This document shows positions 60,437-60,499 of a stretch of 60,499 nt of DNA, one piece after another. This DNA is from an uncultured Bacilli bacterium (lineage in GTDB: Bacteria > Bacillota_I > Bacilli_A > RF39 > UBA660): positions 79,096-139,594 of the forward strand of contig CANQQR010000001.1 in NCBI GenBank assembly GCA_947626035.1. Reading direction: 5' to 3'. How positions within the stretch are numbered: position 1 is the first letter of the stretch; every line of letters starts with the position of its first letter. The notes under the pieces were generated by a model. That model saw only the letters and a program-made list of their open reading frames with translations. It had not been told where the DNA came from and searched no databases. The translations under genes were made by a program, and so were the position numbers.

Positions 60437-60499
60437 CAAGAGGATATTTATTCAATATCCTCTTGGACTATCTCTTCAACTAACTTCCATCTATAACCT
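60437..60499 (-). mobile_element. 3' end of group I intron in terminase gene (truncated by window edge)
   Basis: Minus strand: AAGAGATAGTC (S/P7'), CAAGAGGATATT/AATATCCTCTTG hairpin, terminal G, then in-frame ACA ATG AAT. Confidence 0.75.

Noticed and set aside
1-60499. Stop-codon reassignment as the cause of split genes
   Set aside because: Very long ORFs are intact in the standard code and TAA, TAG and TGA all end genes; the splits are explained by introns or one small insertion.
1-60499. CRISPR arrays, tRNA or rRNA genes
   Set aside because: No spaced direct-repeat array or cloverleaf noticed; intergenic space is small. Not computationally excluded.

Overview
A 60.5-kb, AT-rich segment of a large tailed dsDNA phage. 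The strong GGAGG ribosome-binding sites and sigma-A-type promoters suggest a Firmicutes (Clostridia-like, anaerobic) host. A very long tape measure protein and no recognisable sheath gene suggest a siphovirus. The + strand (1-15.6 kb) holds replication and nucleotide-metabolism genes: RecJ-like nuclease, Dda/RecD-like helicase, DnaE, Gmk, glutaredoxin, NrdD/NrdG, dUTPase and RuvC. The - strand (15.6-60.5 kb) holds the virion module: terminase, portal, protease/scaffold, capsid, neck, tail tube, TMP, baseplate/tail proteins, holin and tail fibre. Main points: (1) a complete diversity-generating retroelement (VR in the tail fibre, avd, TR, RT), with 17 TR/VR differences all at TR adenines; (2) four group I introns, in recJ, nrdD, the tail tube gene and terminase, where the tail-tube intron apparently lacks the canonical 5' splice-site U; (3) free-standing homing endonucleases, one of which appears to have replaced its target's 5' end with a synonymously recoded copy; (4) an uncharacterised, separately transcribed six-gene cassette (15.6-18.6 kb), my best candidate for an undescribed system; (5) a recurrent GGTCAA-N28-(C/T)ATA promoter-like motif; and (6) strong over-representation of the palindrome CCGCGG. 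All calls come from reading the sequence by eye; no database searches were run.
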